From: Selaginella moellendorffii
Taxonomy: Eukaryota; Plantae; Lycopodiophyta
Direction: 5' to 3'
DNA length: 64,000 nucleotides
NCBI RefSeq assembly: GCF_000143415.4
Contig: NW_003314277.1
Location: 1,454,493 to 1,518,492, forward strand
Both the position numbers and the translations under genes were made by a program. A model generated the notes under the pieces. It was given only the letters and a program-made list of their open reading frames with translations, made no database searches and was not told the DNA's origin. Below, in pieces: positions 1 to 12,014 of this stretch; the stretch's first letter is position 1, and every line of letters begins with the position of its first letter.

Positions 1-111
1 TCATTGTGGAGCCGAAGAAGAACGAGGGCGATGCTCAAGGTAATCTGGATTAAAAACTTTCCACCTTTTGCCTTCTCGGGAACTCACATAACGCCTTTCT
101 TGGACAGACTG
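1..111 (+). CDS. Possible 3' end of a gene entering from the left edge (..IVEPKKNEGDAQ|D*)
   Basis: Open frame from base 3, GTAAT donor at 40, pyrimidine-rich intron to CAG at ~106, then a stop. No recognisable domain. Confidence 0.25.
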
Positions 112-475
112 ATTGATCCATACACAGTGCTGCGAAGGGGGAAGAACAATCCATATCTCCGTCTGGTGTTTTAATGGCGGGAGCTCTTCGACGAAAAACG
201 GCTTGTGCAAGATCTGGCAGCCCTTTAAATTCTGGATGCGATCGTTACTGGCTGGCTGCATTCCAGATAAGTGGATATCTTTTTTATAATCCTCGTATCA
301 ATCTGTCTGTTCTTGAGGCAGGCATTCTCCCTTGAAATCCACGAGAGAAAAGAGTGACCTCCCACGATCTTGCAAGAATCAACGGCCTGTGGCCCGCCAC
401 GTCCGGTGCCACCGCATCGGGACCGTTGGTTTGCTATTTGCTATAGCGGTGGGCACTTGGAAAGGAGGGTCCTTT

Positions 476-503
<28 letters not shown>
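476..503. repeat. (GA)n microsatellite in the 5' region of the 901-1552 gene
   Basis: Visible run of about 13 AG units. Confidence 0.9.
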
Positions 504-506
<3 letters not shown>

Positions 507-900
507 CTCGTCAAGCTTGTGTGAGTTGGGTTATGGTGTCATGGCGCCTTCGTCGGGATTTTGGTGCTTGGTCTGGCCAGTGATCGTCTTCTTGGGCAGG
601 CCATAGCGCTTGGGCTTTGCTGTGTGTGTGAGTGAGAGAGGGAGTGGTTTTGAGTGGATTGCTCTAGGGCTTTGAAGGTACTGAATTCGCAGGATAGCCG
701 CATTCCCGAGGGAGCTCGTTTGCCGGAAAGATCCAACACTCAATGGCCGGAGTTGGCTAGTTCACAATGCTGCTGCCATCGAGCTGAGGTAGCTTCTCTG
801 GTTTTTTTTTTCTTCTTCTAGAAAACAATTTTCCCCTTTCTTTTGGGCTTTCTTGCAGGCTAGTTTCCTCTAAAGCCTCTGGTTTTAGCGACAATTGAGC

Positions 901-1552
901 ATGGAGGGGACGAAAAAAGAAGCAAAGCCATCCAAGGACCTTGAAGGAGGTAGAAAAATTGCGCTTTTTCGAGAGGAAAAATTTCGATTTTTTGGTTGGT
1001 GCGTGTCGTTGTTTTTCCAGGCGATCACACTTCGACTGAGCCCGATAGCCCGAGTGATGGCGAAGGGGAGAGCTCGGCACATCCAAAGGATTTTCCGGTA
1101 AAACTTTCGCTTTGAATTAAATAGCTCGCCCACAGCGACACGCTGACGTTGTTTCTTCTTTAACGCAGCAGTCATCTGATGAGGCTAGCAAATGCGCCGT
1201 GGACAAAGCAAACTCTCAAAGTGGAGACGTTGACACAACATCGCCGTCTCCCGGGAAACGCCCTGTAGAGGTTTGTATACTTGTATTCCTCTGCGTTGCG
1301 GGGAACTTTCATATTATTCTTTGCAAGTTTGATACGTTTTTGCCTTCGTCCTTTTGCTCCCAGGGCTATGCTTTCGACAAAGCGCCTCCCCCGATAAAAA
1401 CACGCCGAGAGGGAGCAGCATCGTCGCATGCGTCTTCTCCTCCAGAGCTTTCGCCACCGCCATCGCCCAAGAGAATGCGGGAGCTTGAGCGGAAAGAAGG
1501 AGTGTTTCGTGCAATCGTCCCTCCCAAGCAAGGACTCCAACAAAACCTCTGA
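901..1552 (+). CDS. Unknown ~138-aa hydrophilic, Ser/Pro-rich protein (4 exons: 901-949, 1021-1097, 1169-1270, 1364-1552)
   Basis: Canonical GT-AG sites with consistent phases give MEGTKKEAK...PPELSPPPSPKRMRELERKEGVFRAIVPPKQGLQQNL*. A 5'UTR intron is likely at ~788-858. Confidence 0.6.
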
Positions 1553-2005
1553 AGTCACAGTACAGCAAAGAGGGAAACGCAATGGTAAATTTTTCCCTTT
1601 CCTGTAGTTTCATGCTATGGCTTCTTTCCTTCTTGGAGAGACACTTCACTCTCGTTGCCATTGTTGCATTCGCTACGTACATAACATAGTTTCGTTTTCC
1701 CGTAACTCTATTCCTTCTTCGAGGCAAAGCAACTACAGGGAACGAGGAACCAATCGCTTGGTAAGCTGTTGAGATAGTTTTGACAGTGCTCACTAATCCC
1801 TTTCCATTGTTTTTATCAGGGAAGGGGACAGTGATTCTACTCTTTCAAAGCTTTGCAAGGAAATGAAACAGTGATAAGTTTTATAAGTTTTTCCTCCCAG
1901 CAAAGAACTCGAGTAAGTACCGCCTCGCGTATTTGTTGTGAGTTGCGTTGTGTTTCTTTGCTCCTAATTTTTACAGTCGAGAGAGCTTCGTTCTCCTCTG
2001 AGTGT

Positions 2006-2667
2006 TCAGTGATGGTGGTGGTGGTGATGGTGGTGGGCTTCTTTTGCGGACAGGAACTTATTCACAGCGAGCAACAGACCCTCTCCGGATCCACTGGATT
2101 GGTGCTCATCGTCCTGGATTGGAGAAAGTAAAGTGTATGGAGTTTTTCTCTCGATCTTCTCAAACCTGGAGGCTTTGCCGTCGCGAGTTTCGACTGCTGT
2201 TCCTTCGACTCCTCGTCTCGATTGATACTCCGGAGCATCTCGTGTGTGCCTCCGAATCGCTTGACCTCGCTTGCTGCTCCTGGAAAGTCTATCCATCAAA
2301 ATCCAGGATGTAGTGGAAACAATTGGAAGAAGCGCCTCACCTTGCTCGCCTTGCTCGATCTAAACACGCGAAAGAGAGTTTCCGTCTGACCAACAAAGCT
2401 AGGATAGAAAACCAAGGAAAGAAGAAGAGCAAAAGCTTTTGGATCGAACCAGAGCTTCTTTGGGGGTTTTTCTTTGATATCGTTTTCCTTTTTACCTTGT
2501 CTATGGCCGCAGCCAAAGCTTTCTCGAGCTCCACGAGTTGAGGTGACGGTGCCGGCTGTGGATTGCTCGCATTCTCTGCAAAATCAAAACAAATAACCGC
2601 TGGTAACCTCCCCTTCTTGCTTTGATTTCTTCTAACCGAGTGTCCAGCACGAGCCATTCCAGTCCAT
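2006..2667 (-). CDS. Small multi-exon gene of unknown function ending in a poly-His tail; exon phases unresolved
   Basis: Exon-like segments QLVELEKALAAAIDK and DDEHQSSGSGEGLLLAVNKFLSAKEAHHHHHHHHH* are bounded by GT/AG sites. One junction cannot be phased. Confidence 0.3.
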
Positions 2668-3007
2668 CCAAGAGCCCTAATTTCCACAACCAAACCCCAA
2701 ATTTCACAGCACTGTGAAATGCCACACGTGGCAGCACCACATTCGTGGCCACAGTAACTGCCAGCTCCTTACGAAACTCTCCAAACCGTGGTTAGTTTCA
2801 TAATGGTGCGAGAATATACCCGGCCTTTTCACCCTTAGGCTTGCCCTAAAATATTAGTAATTTCCGACCGTTAAGAGGGCTACATTGGGATTCTTACAAT
2901 GTAGCTGACAGCGTTGCAGTGGCCGCGAGGTAAATACACGCAGCAATGGACAATGACCGTGGTATATTCTACTTATTCTCTCTCGCGAGAAAATGCCACG
3001 AGCGCCT

Positions 3008-4533
3008 ATGTCGAGAGGAGTGATCATCATCGCAATCGTCTTGTTCGTCATCCAAGGTAGAGCTTCCTTTTTTATCTTTCGATCGGTCGATGGATGGTGT
3101 TCTCTCAGTTGGGCGATCGGTAGACGCAACGTCAGTGGTGGGAGTGAACTATGGGACGCTTGGAAACAATCTCCCATCGCCGGATCAGGTCGCCCATCTC
3201 GTCAATTCCTCCACCTCCATCACCAGGATCAAGCTCTACGACGCCGACGCCAGCGTCCTCCACGCCTTCGCGGGCTCCGGCGTCTCGATCGTGGTGGGCA
3301 TCCCCAACGAGCAGCTGGAATCGCTGGGCAGCAATCCCACCGCCGCGGCCATCTGGGTGAAGCAGCACATCGTCGCCTTCCTCCCCCACACGAACATCAT
3401 CGCCATCGCCGCGGGCAACGAAGCTCTCACCATCGCCAATGGATCCTTCTCCTCCTTTCTCATGCCGTGCATCAACAATGTCTACGCTGCGCTCGCGTCG
3501 CTCGGCCTCCACGATCGCATCAAAATCAGCACTCCCCACTCCTTCGCCGTCCTCGCCATGTCATACCCCCCATCCTCGGGGACTTTCCGCCCGAGTTTCC
3601 TCCAAGTCATAATCCCCCTCCTCCAATTCCTTTCCAAGACCGGCTCGCCGCTCATGATCAACGCCTACCCCTACTTCGCATATCATAACGATCCCGCCCA
3701 TGTGTCACTGAATTACGCCCTCTTGCGCCCCGGCAATGTCATAGTGGACCCCCGGACGAAGCTGCGCTACACCAACCTTCTGGACGCCCAGCTGGACGCC
3801 ACGTACGCGGCAATGCAGGCGCTGGGCGTCCATGACGTGGCGGTGACCATCTCCGAGACCGGGTGGCCGTCCCGGGGTGCCAGTGACGAGCCGGCGGCGA
3901 ACCTCACAAACGCCCGGGCTTACGTCAGCAACCTTGTGGACTACGTGGCGTCCGGCGTGGGCACCCCGGCCCGCCCAAACGCCAGCGTGGACGTGTTTAT
4001 CTTCGCGCTCTTCAACGAGAACGAGAAGCCGGGGTCGGTGTCCGAGCAGTACTATGGGCTCTTCACCTCGGACGGTACAGCGGTGTACGATATTGGGCTG
4101 TTAAAGAGTCCGAGCTCTCCGGGCCCGAGCTCCAGTCCGAGCTCTCCGAGTCCGAGCTCCAGTCCGAGCTCTCCTCCTCCACCTCCTCGGTCGACGAACA
4201 GGCACATTTGGTGCATTGCAAAGCCCAATGCCGACGATTCGGTGCTTCTCAAGGGATTGAATTTCGCGTGTGGAGAAGGGTCCGCGGATTGCCAGGCGAT
4301 CCAAAGAGGGGGCGGATGCTACACGCCGGAGACGCTCAACTCGCACGCCTCGTACGCGTTCAATGCGTACTACCAGAAGCACGGCAGGAACTTTTGGAAT
4401 TGCTACTTCGCTGGAGTTGGAATGCTGTCCATCACAGACCCAAGTAAGTTTCTCATCGATGTTCTTCAAGTGGATCTTTTGATTCGGGTGGAATCTCGCA
4501 GGTTATGGAGCCTGCAAGTACCAGGCTACGTGA
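3008..4533 (+). CDS. Glucan endo-1,3-beta-glucosidase (GH17 + Ser/Pro linker + X8/CBM43), 3 exons
   Basis: Signal peptide exon, VGVNYG, GNE acid/base, NAYPYF, SETGWPS nucleophile, FALFNEN and X8 WCIAKP...SHASYAFNAYY. Last exon YGACKYQAT*. Confidence 0.95.
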
Positions 4534-5462
4534 TGATATAGGGTTGAGCTCTCGTACGTTTGTCGGTTTGTGAGAGGAGGTTCGAACCTGTGACTACTTT
4601 TGCCCCTGTCTCGCATGTCAGCTGCCAGCGTGTGTCAGGAGAAGGATGATATGACATGCTCGCGTCGATTTTTACCGAGGGTCTTTGTCATGGTTTTTAC
4701 TATCCACAAAGAGTACATTTTTCTAAGAGCCGTTGTGTAAGGTCCCACATTGTGGCACTGTTCTATAGGGCCCTCTATACTATGACAGTAAAAAATATTA
4801 CTATCCTTTTGTTCTTATCAAACGACTAGATGAGGGAAGGGGCGTGGCAATGGGTGCGCGCTTGTCATGTAATTTCATGAGTATCGTGTAATTGCCCGAT
4901 TTGTTACCGCCCCTTCCGTACTCCATTGTTTAATGCCGTACGCGCAGCTTTCCTGGCCAATCCAAACGCAAATCCGACTCTTCAAGCTTTTCCAAATCTA
5001 TCAAAAGACCAAAAGGAAAGAGAAAGAGGGATCTTCGCTTTCTTGTGAAACAAAATTTTACCAACACACGATACTCAAAAGTTACTTTGATTCCAAATGA
5101 TGGATTTCCCCGCGCTTCCGTACACCGGGGGGGCTAGATTCTACCCTTCGTACCAGCAGTGTGGAGAAATCTCCTTGTCGCCGCGCGCTTAGCCTTTGTG
5201 TTTTGGGGTAAGATTCTCTTTTACCCAAGCATACGACCGACCGTATGTGTATCGTAAAAGCGTACGCTTCCACATACACCTGCATTTAATGGCAGAGGAG
5301 CGTACATAAGAAAGAGAGAGAAGGGGAGCTCTTCTTTCGGACAGTGTGATCCTAGCCCTTCTTCTCTCTGTTCGAAAGGAAGAAGAGAAGAGGGCAGAGC
5401 TCTCCTTCTTTTCTCTCGTCTAGGATAGAATAGAGAGCTCTTCTTCCAATCGAGCTCGGGCT

Positions 5463-7290
5463 ATGGCGCCAGGGGCTCGCGAAAAGAGGAGGCCGCCGGC
5501 TCTTCTCCTCGCCACACTGCTGCTACTCACGTCCTTCTCTACGATCTCTTCGAGTAAGTCCCACTCTTGGAATCTCTCCTGCTGCATTGCAATAGAATGG
5601 CATTTCTTGGATTCACAGCTTGAGCTTGAGCTTCATGATCGATCGCTTCTCTTGCAGCGTTTCCTCCCAGCGCTCCCTCCGCGAATCCCTGCTGCACCTA
5701 CAGCAACATCGGCATCAACTACGGCCAGCTCGGGAACAACCTCCCGACGCCGCAGAGGGTCCGCGAGCTCGTCCAGTCCACCACCATCACCAAGGTGAAG
5801 ATCTACGACACCAATGCCGCCATCATCGAGGCCTTCGCCAACACCGGCATCGAGTTCACGGTGATGGTGAAGAACGAGCAGATTCACTCGCTACTCGACA
5901 CCCACGCCGCCCAGAAATGGGTCAACGAGAACGTCGCGTGCTACCTCCCGGCCACGCAGATCCGGACCATCCTGGTCGGCAACGAGATTCTGGGGAACGA
6001 CGACCAGATCAACGGCTGGATCGTGCCCGTGATGCAGAACATCCACTCGGCGCTGGTCACGCTCCGGATCGACAACCAGGTAAAGGTCTCCACCCCGCAT
6101 TCCCTGTCCGTACTCTCCTCCAGCTATCCGCCCTCCTCGGGCGCATTCCGTACGGACCTGGTCTCTCACGTCATCAAGCCCATGCTCCAGTTCCTCAGTC
6201 AAACCGGGTCGCCGTTCATGGTCAACACGTACCCCTACTTTGCGTACAAGAGCTCGCCGCTAAACATCACGCTCGCCTACGCGCTCTTCCTCCCAAACGC
6301 CGGCGTGGTGGATCCAAAGACCAAGCTGCGCTACTACAACCTCATGGACGCCCAGGTGGACGCGGTGTACTCGGCCATGGCGAAATTAGGGTTCCAGGAC
6401 ATCGGGATCGTGGTGTCGGAGACCGGGTGGCCGTCGGCGGGCGACCCGACCGAGTTTGGCGTGAGCGTCAACAATGCCATGGTCTACAACCGCAACCTCA
6501 TCGCCCACGTCACGTCCATGGGCACGCCCATGCGACACGGCAAGCTCATGGACACGTACATCTTTGCGCTCTTCAACGAGAACCAGAAGCCCGGCCCGAC
6601 CACCGAGCGCAACTTCGGCCTCTTCAAGCCCGACATGTCGGTGGTGTATGATATCGGGCTGTTCAAGGGGGGACAGCGCTACGCCAACGTGTTCCCGCCG
6701 CCGCCACCTCAGCCGCCAGCTCATCCCTACCCCTCGCCAGACGAGCCCCCGCCAGCGCCCTACTACCACAGCCCGCCACTGTACCAGGTACCGCCCGCAA
6801 CGCCGGCTTACCAGCCTCCCCCAACGCCGGTCTACCAGCCTCCCCCAACGCCGGCCTACCAGCCGCCACCGAGCTACCAGCCTCCTAGCGGCGGTGGCGG
6901 CGGTGGTGGCGGTGGTGGTACCGGGCCGCGAATCTGGTGTATATCCAAGCCCGGGTCGCCCGTGGGATCGCTGGAGGCGGCGCTGAATTTCGCGTGCGGC
7001 GAGGGCGGCGCGGATTGCGGCTCGATTCAAGGGAGCGGCGCTTGCTTCCAGCCGGACACGCTCGAGTCGCACTCGTCGTTTGCGTTCAACAGCTACTTCC
7101 ACAAGCACGGGCGGAACTTCTGGAACTGCTACTTTAACAACAATGCGCTCCTCACGGTGTCGGATCCAAGTAAGTTTTGGGGTTTCTCGCTCGATCGATC
7201 GATCGATCGATGGAGTTTGATGTGTTTTTTCCTTGGTTTTTTTTTTTTCTTTTTCCAGGTTATGGGACATGCGTCTATCCATCGCAGTGA
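5463..7290 (+). CDS. Second tandem GH17 beta-1,3-glucanase with extensin-like Pro/Tyr linker and X8 domain
   Basis: IGINYG, VGNE, NTYPYF, SETGWPS, ERNFGLF, YQPPPTP repeats, poly-Gly and X8. Last exon YGTCVYPSQ*. Confidence 0.95.
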
Positions 7291-7729
7291 TCGAGCCGAT
7301 CGATGGATCCACATTTTGAGAGATTTGCCTCGATCTAGCTAGCTAGCGAATTAGATGATTGACAGCGCTCGACTCTCTGGAGCGAGACAATTTGTTTCAT
7401 TCTTCTCTAGCCTAGCTATTTAAAATCAAAGTGTAGGTTTGCTTATTTTTGTTGTTAGGGCGGGTTAGGTGAGAAGAAGGCGCCCATTCTCCCAGGTAAG
7501 AATCGCGGTCGTCTTGCACGCTCATCTCCTTTGCGTGTCGATTCGCTGAGCTGATCTCGATCCGTCGCTCCATTGCCGAAATCTCTTCCAAAATCTCTTC
7601 TGGAATTGCTAGATCTTCGTGCCGATGCTGCATTCCTGCGCTTGTGTCGTGAAAATCTCGCGAAATTTCGGTCTGGAATGCTGATGGATTGATTGGTCGA
7701 TTTGTTGATGCATCAGCAGCACTAGCGCT

Positions 7730-9719
7730 ATGGCCAGGAAGAAGATCCGTGAGTACGACTCCAAGCGCTTGCTCAAGCAGCACCTCAAGCGACTGGCGAG
7801 CATCGATTTGGCGCTCCATTCCGCGCAGGTAGAATTTATTTCTTATCTGTAGTGTCGTGTTTTTCAAATTGCTTCGTTCTCTATTGTTCTTTTTTATTTT
7901 TTCTTTGCTCTTGATAGGTGACTCAAGAGACCGATTTTGACGCCTTGGCTGACAAGGAACCATGGCTCAATTCGACCAGGCTCGTCGTGAAACCAGACAT
8001 GCTGTTTGGCAAGCGTGGAAAGAGTGGACTGGTGAGTTTGTCAATTTATCCTTCTTGGTCATATAGAGAAGTTGACACAAGAGTTTGTGGTTTAGGTGGC
8101 TTTAAACTTGGACTTGGCCGGAGTCGAGGCTTTTGTCAAGGAAAGGCTGGGCAGGGAGGTTGAGATGGACGGAACCAAAGCGCCCATCACAACTTTCATT
8201 GTGGAACCGTTTATTCCACACGACAGTGAGTTCTACCTTTCGCTGGTGTCACATCGTCTTGGTGTGGAGATTAGTTTTTCTGAGTGTGGAGGCATCGAGA
8301 TCGAGGAAAACTGGGAAAAGGTAGCTTGTTTAATACTTTCAATTGCGGTGTGTTTGTTGCTAGTTGCCTAATTGATGTTTTCTTCTTCTTTCCCAGGTCA
8401 AGACGGTTTTCGTGCCTACAGAACAGCCTTTGACTGCGGAAACTTGTGCACCGCTCATTGCCACGCTTCCATTAGAGGTCAAAGTTTCCAAGTTTAAAGT
8501 CTTGCAATTATATTTCTGAGGAAACAGGTGCTTGATGCAGATTCGTGGCAAGATTGAGACGTTCATAAGGGGAGTTTTTAGCGTCTTTGAAGGTGCACTG
8601 CCTTACGAAACAGCCTGCATTCTTATTTACAAGGCGAATTTTTCTTTTTCAGACTTGGACTTCTCTCTGATCGAGATGAATCCCTTCACTTTGGTGAATG
8701 GCGAACCGTATCCTCTGGACATGCGTGGAGAGTTGGATGACACAGCTCTCTTCAAAAACTTCCAGAAGTATACTGCCACATCTTTTGCTATATGCTGACA
8801 CTTGTGATGTCATGCAGGTGGGGCAATGTGGAATTTCCAGTTCCATTTGGCAGAGTGATGACACCTGCTGAGGAGTCAATCCACAAGATGGATGAAAAGG
8901 TCAGACTTCTTCCTCTCTTTCCTCAGTCTTCTGATGACTCGAATTTGTTTTGTTCAGACTGGTGCGTCTTTAAAGCTGACAATACTAAATCCGAAAGGTC
9001 GCATTTGGACAATGGTCGCTGGCGGTGGCGCGAGTGTGATCTATGCCGACACAGTAATGTTTCCTTCTTTTTTCCTTTTTTTGTCTAAAGCTATTGTCGT
9101 TAATCGAAGGTTGGTGACCTCGGTTATGCTCACGAGCTGGGAAACTACGCCGAGTACAGTGGAGCGCCAAGCGAGGAGGAGACTCTACACTATGCTCGTG
9201 CTTTAATTGACGTAAGAACTTTCACTTTCATAGTGATTCCCAGTCAACGTTGTTCCATTGCAGTGCGTCACTGCGAACCCAGACGGACGTCGCAGAGCTT
9301 TGCTCATCGGTGGCGGCATAGCCAACTTCACCGATGTCGCTGCAACGTTTAATGGTATCATCCGCGCGCTCCGCGAGAAGGTAAACTTTTCACGAAGAGA
9401 TCCTCGCTTTACTACTTTTGGTGTTCTTATTCTCGCTCTTCATCCCCGCAGGAATCCCAGCTGAAAGTGGCAAAGGTGCACATATTCGTGAGGCGAGGGG
9501 GCCCAAACTACCAGAAAGGCCTGGAAAGGATGAGAACACTTGGCAGGGATATTGGCATCCCGATCGAAGTACGTCTAGAGGAAAAAATCCTCCTTTTGAT
9601 CCTTGACAAAGCGTTGTTTACTGACTTTCACGAGGATTGTCTCGCAGGTTTTTGGACCCGAGGCAAGCATGACTGGCATTTGTAGAAACGCGATCGATTA
9701 CATCCGAGTTGCTGCGTGA
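7730..9719 (+). CDS. ACLA: ATP-citrate lyase (ATP-citrate synthase) subunit A, multi-exon
   Basis: [73 protein letters not shown]. Confidence 0.97.
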
Positions 9720-10295
9720 TTTGGATTGATCCACTGGAAGAAGGATTCTCGCTCGAGCCTGGAGATTTACAATAAAAGAAGAAAACGGGAAAAGGAAGCG
9801 TCAAATCGATGCAAATTTCTCAACCAATTCGAGAGACGTGGACGTATTATACGGTGGATTCTACTTACATACCATTTGCTCTTTCACCTTTCACTGTTTG
9901 AAATAAAGTTAAACCCCTTTTAACCTTTTTTGCCTCCACTGTTCCTCCTTTGCACGCAGAGGAGCGAGAGCGGCGCGTGCGCGTCTTCTTGACGCTAGCT
10001 CCGCGAGAAAAGATTGATCGATCGATCGCGGCGGCGCTCTAGGCGACGACCTTTCGCGCTCCTGGGAGCTTAATCCGCGGCGACGGCGATCTCCGGTACA
10101 TTTTGTGGCTCTCGCTCGTAGGATCAAGCGATTGGATGGAGTCCGGCATCGATGCGCCGTGGGGAATTGTGAAATTTCGCGGCCGGGGGAGTTCTTGGGG
10201 CCGGGATCGAGGGAATTCTAGCTAGGTTCCTCGGCAGGGGGATTTCGGCATGGATTTTGGGGGCTGGAGGTAGGTCAAGGCATTGGATCGTGGGC

Positions 10296-11661
10296 ATGAC
10301 AATGAAATTGGGCATGGAGCGCAAGGTCTGCCCCGAGGAAGACGGCGTAGCGACACAGGATGAAGATTCCAGCACAGTGGTGATTAAAGAGACTACTTTT
10401 GACGACAAGAGATTGCAAGCTGTGGAAACTGTGGAGAAGGCCGAAACTCGGGTAGCTGTAGAGAGCTTCGACTCGGCTACTACAACCGCGAGTGGCCCAT
10501 CGACCTCTGGCGATCATCCATCGGGTGGCGATAGTAATGCCGAGATTGGGAGCGTGGAAGTGGTCGTTATTCCTGTTCATGGCGGTGAGGATGTTGGTGG
10601 TGGCACCACCGCCGCAGATCGGAGTGGAGTACCCAGCAAGCCTGGCGAAGAACAAGGAATCTTCAGATGTCCCAGCTCTTTTAGCACGGATAGTTTCGCT
10701 GATTGCTGCAGGTACGTCGCTTCGCTTTTCTTTCTTTCGTTTGTTTCTACGTTCTTCGTCCAGTTCTTTTGTTTCTGACGCAAAGACTTTATCTATGCCA
10801 GGATCTGTCAGCAGCATGCCGAGGAGCCTTTGATTGAGCTCGGGTGCCACTGCCGCGGTGAGCTCTCGCGAGCGCATCGCAGTTGCATTGAGCAGTGGTT
10901 TGGCAACAAAGGCACCAATAAATGCGAGATTTGCCAGTAGGTGCTCTTGTTCTTTCAGTGTCGCGAGAGTAGACTTTCATCTCGATTGTTTGGAGTAATT
11001 CTCACTCACTGCTCTCAGGCACGTCGCTGAAAATGTCCCTGCTCCTCCTGTACAAGTCGCGGTATGTCGAAGTGCTATTTAATTCCTTGTCCTACCACCA
11101 TCTCACGGTCAACTTTGTGTTATCCAGCCACATTTTTGGGTGTGGAGGCTTGGCATCAACCGAGGAAGCCGGAATTACACGCAAAGAAGAAGTGGTGGGG
11201 TAAGCGATCATTGTTTTAAAGCTCAAAATGACCGATCTGCCGGCTTTGCAGGCTCGCTTCCATCCTCTTTGGGCTGCATTGCTCATCTTGATAGCGGGGC
11301 TACTCTTTGACGTACTCATTTCGATTTTTCTTGGAGCTTCCGCTCTTCCTGTGAACATCATAATCGGTAACAGCTTCTGCTTATCTATCCTGTTGTTACA
11401 ACGTTAATACTGTTATCCTTGCGCAGGAGTTTTAGTGGTTTTAGGAATTGGAACAGCAGCTCGCCTTGTGGTCGAGTGCTGGCACGAACGCGGGCTAAGA
11501 AGGAACATACGGAGAATCGAAACAAGTCTTGCAAACTTGCAAGGGGATGGCGCGCTACAGGTTTGTGCGAAAATCTTTTTGCTTGTTTCGAAAACGCGCG
11601 CTTGCATTCCCAGGCTCAATCCAACCTTGTCGCGCAATCGGCAGTCCGGCCCCTCTCTTGA
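10296..11661 (+). CDS. RING-CH (RINGv, C4HC3) membrane E3 ligase-like protein
   Basis: Spliced CRICQQHAEEPLIELGCHCRGELSRAHRSCIEQWFGNKGTNKCEICQ, followed by hydrophobic segments (LWAALLILIAGLLFDVLISIFLG; VLVVLGIGTAARL). The start ATG could be 10296, 10302 or 10314. Confidence 0.88.
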
Positions 11662-12014
11662 GGGCTAACACGATTTACAGCGGAAAATTACAACACACAT
11701 AGAAACACACTCCCAACACGGCGACACGAGACAGACGACAAGGAGCAAAACTTTAAACATTGGGTGGCATACAACAAGTGCGACTTCGCTTTCATTGCCA
11801 GAGAGGAGGATCAGTAAAGAATGGAAGCGAAGGAACTCTCTCAACACCAACTGCGAAATTGAAAGGTTAGCAGCAGCAAACAACAAACAAGACGAATGGC
11901 CCGAGATAGCACTGATCAAGCAATGCATATAAAGAAGAAGAACAAACAACAAATCTACATGATAGAGGAACTCAAATCTACATGCACAAAACGAGAGCCA
12001 ACCGGGACTTACAC

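Noticed and set aside
4736-4790. GTCCCACATTG resembling an snRNA USE or copia LTR start
   Set aside because: No good TATA, no snRNA body and no second LTR.
5305-5450. GA/CT fold-back with GAAGGGGAGCTC resembling miR159/319
   Set aside because: Lacks the TTGGA(C/T)TG 5' half. It is low-complexity leader sequence of the glucanase.
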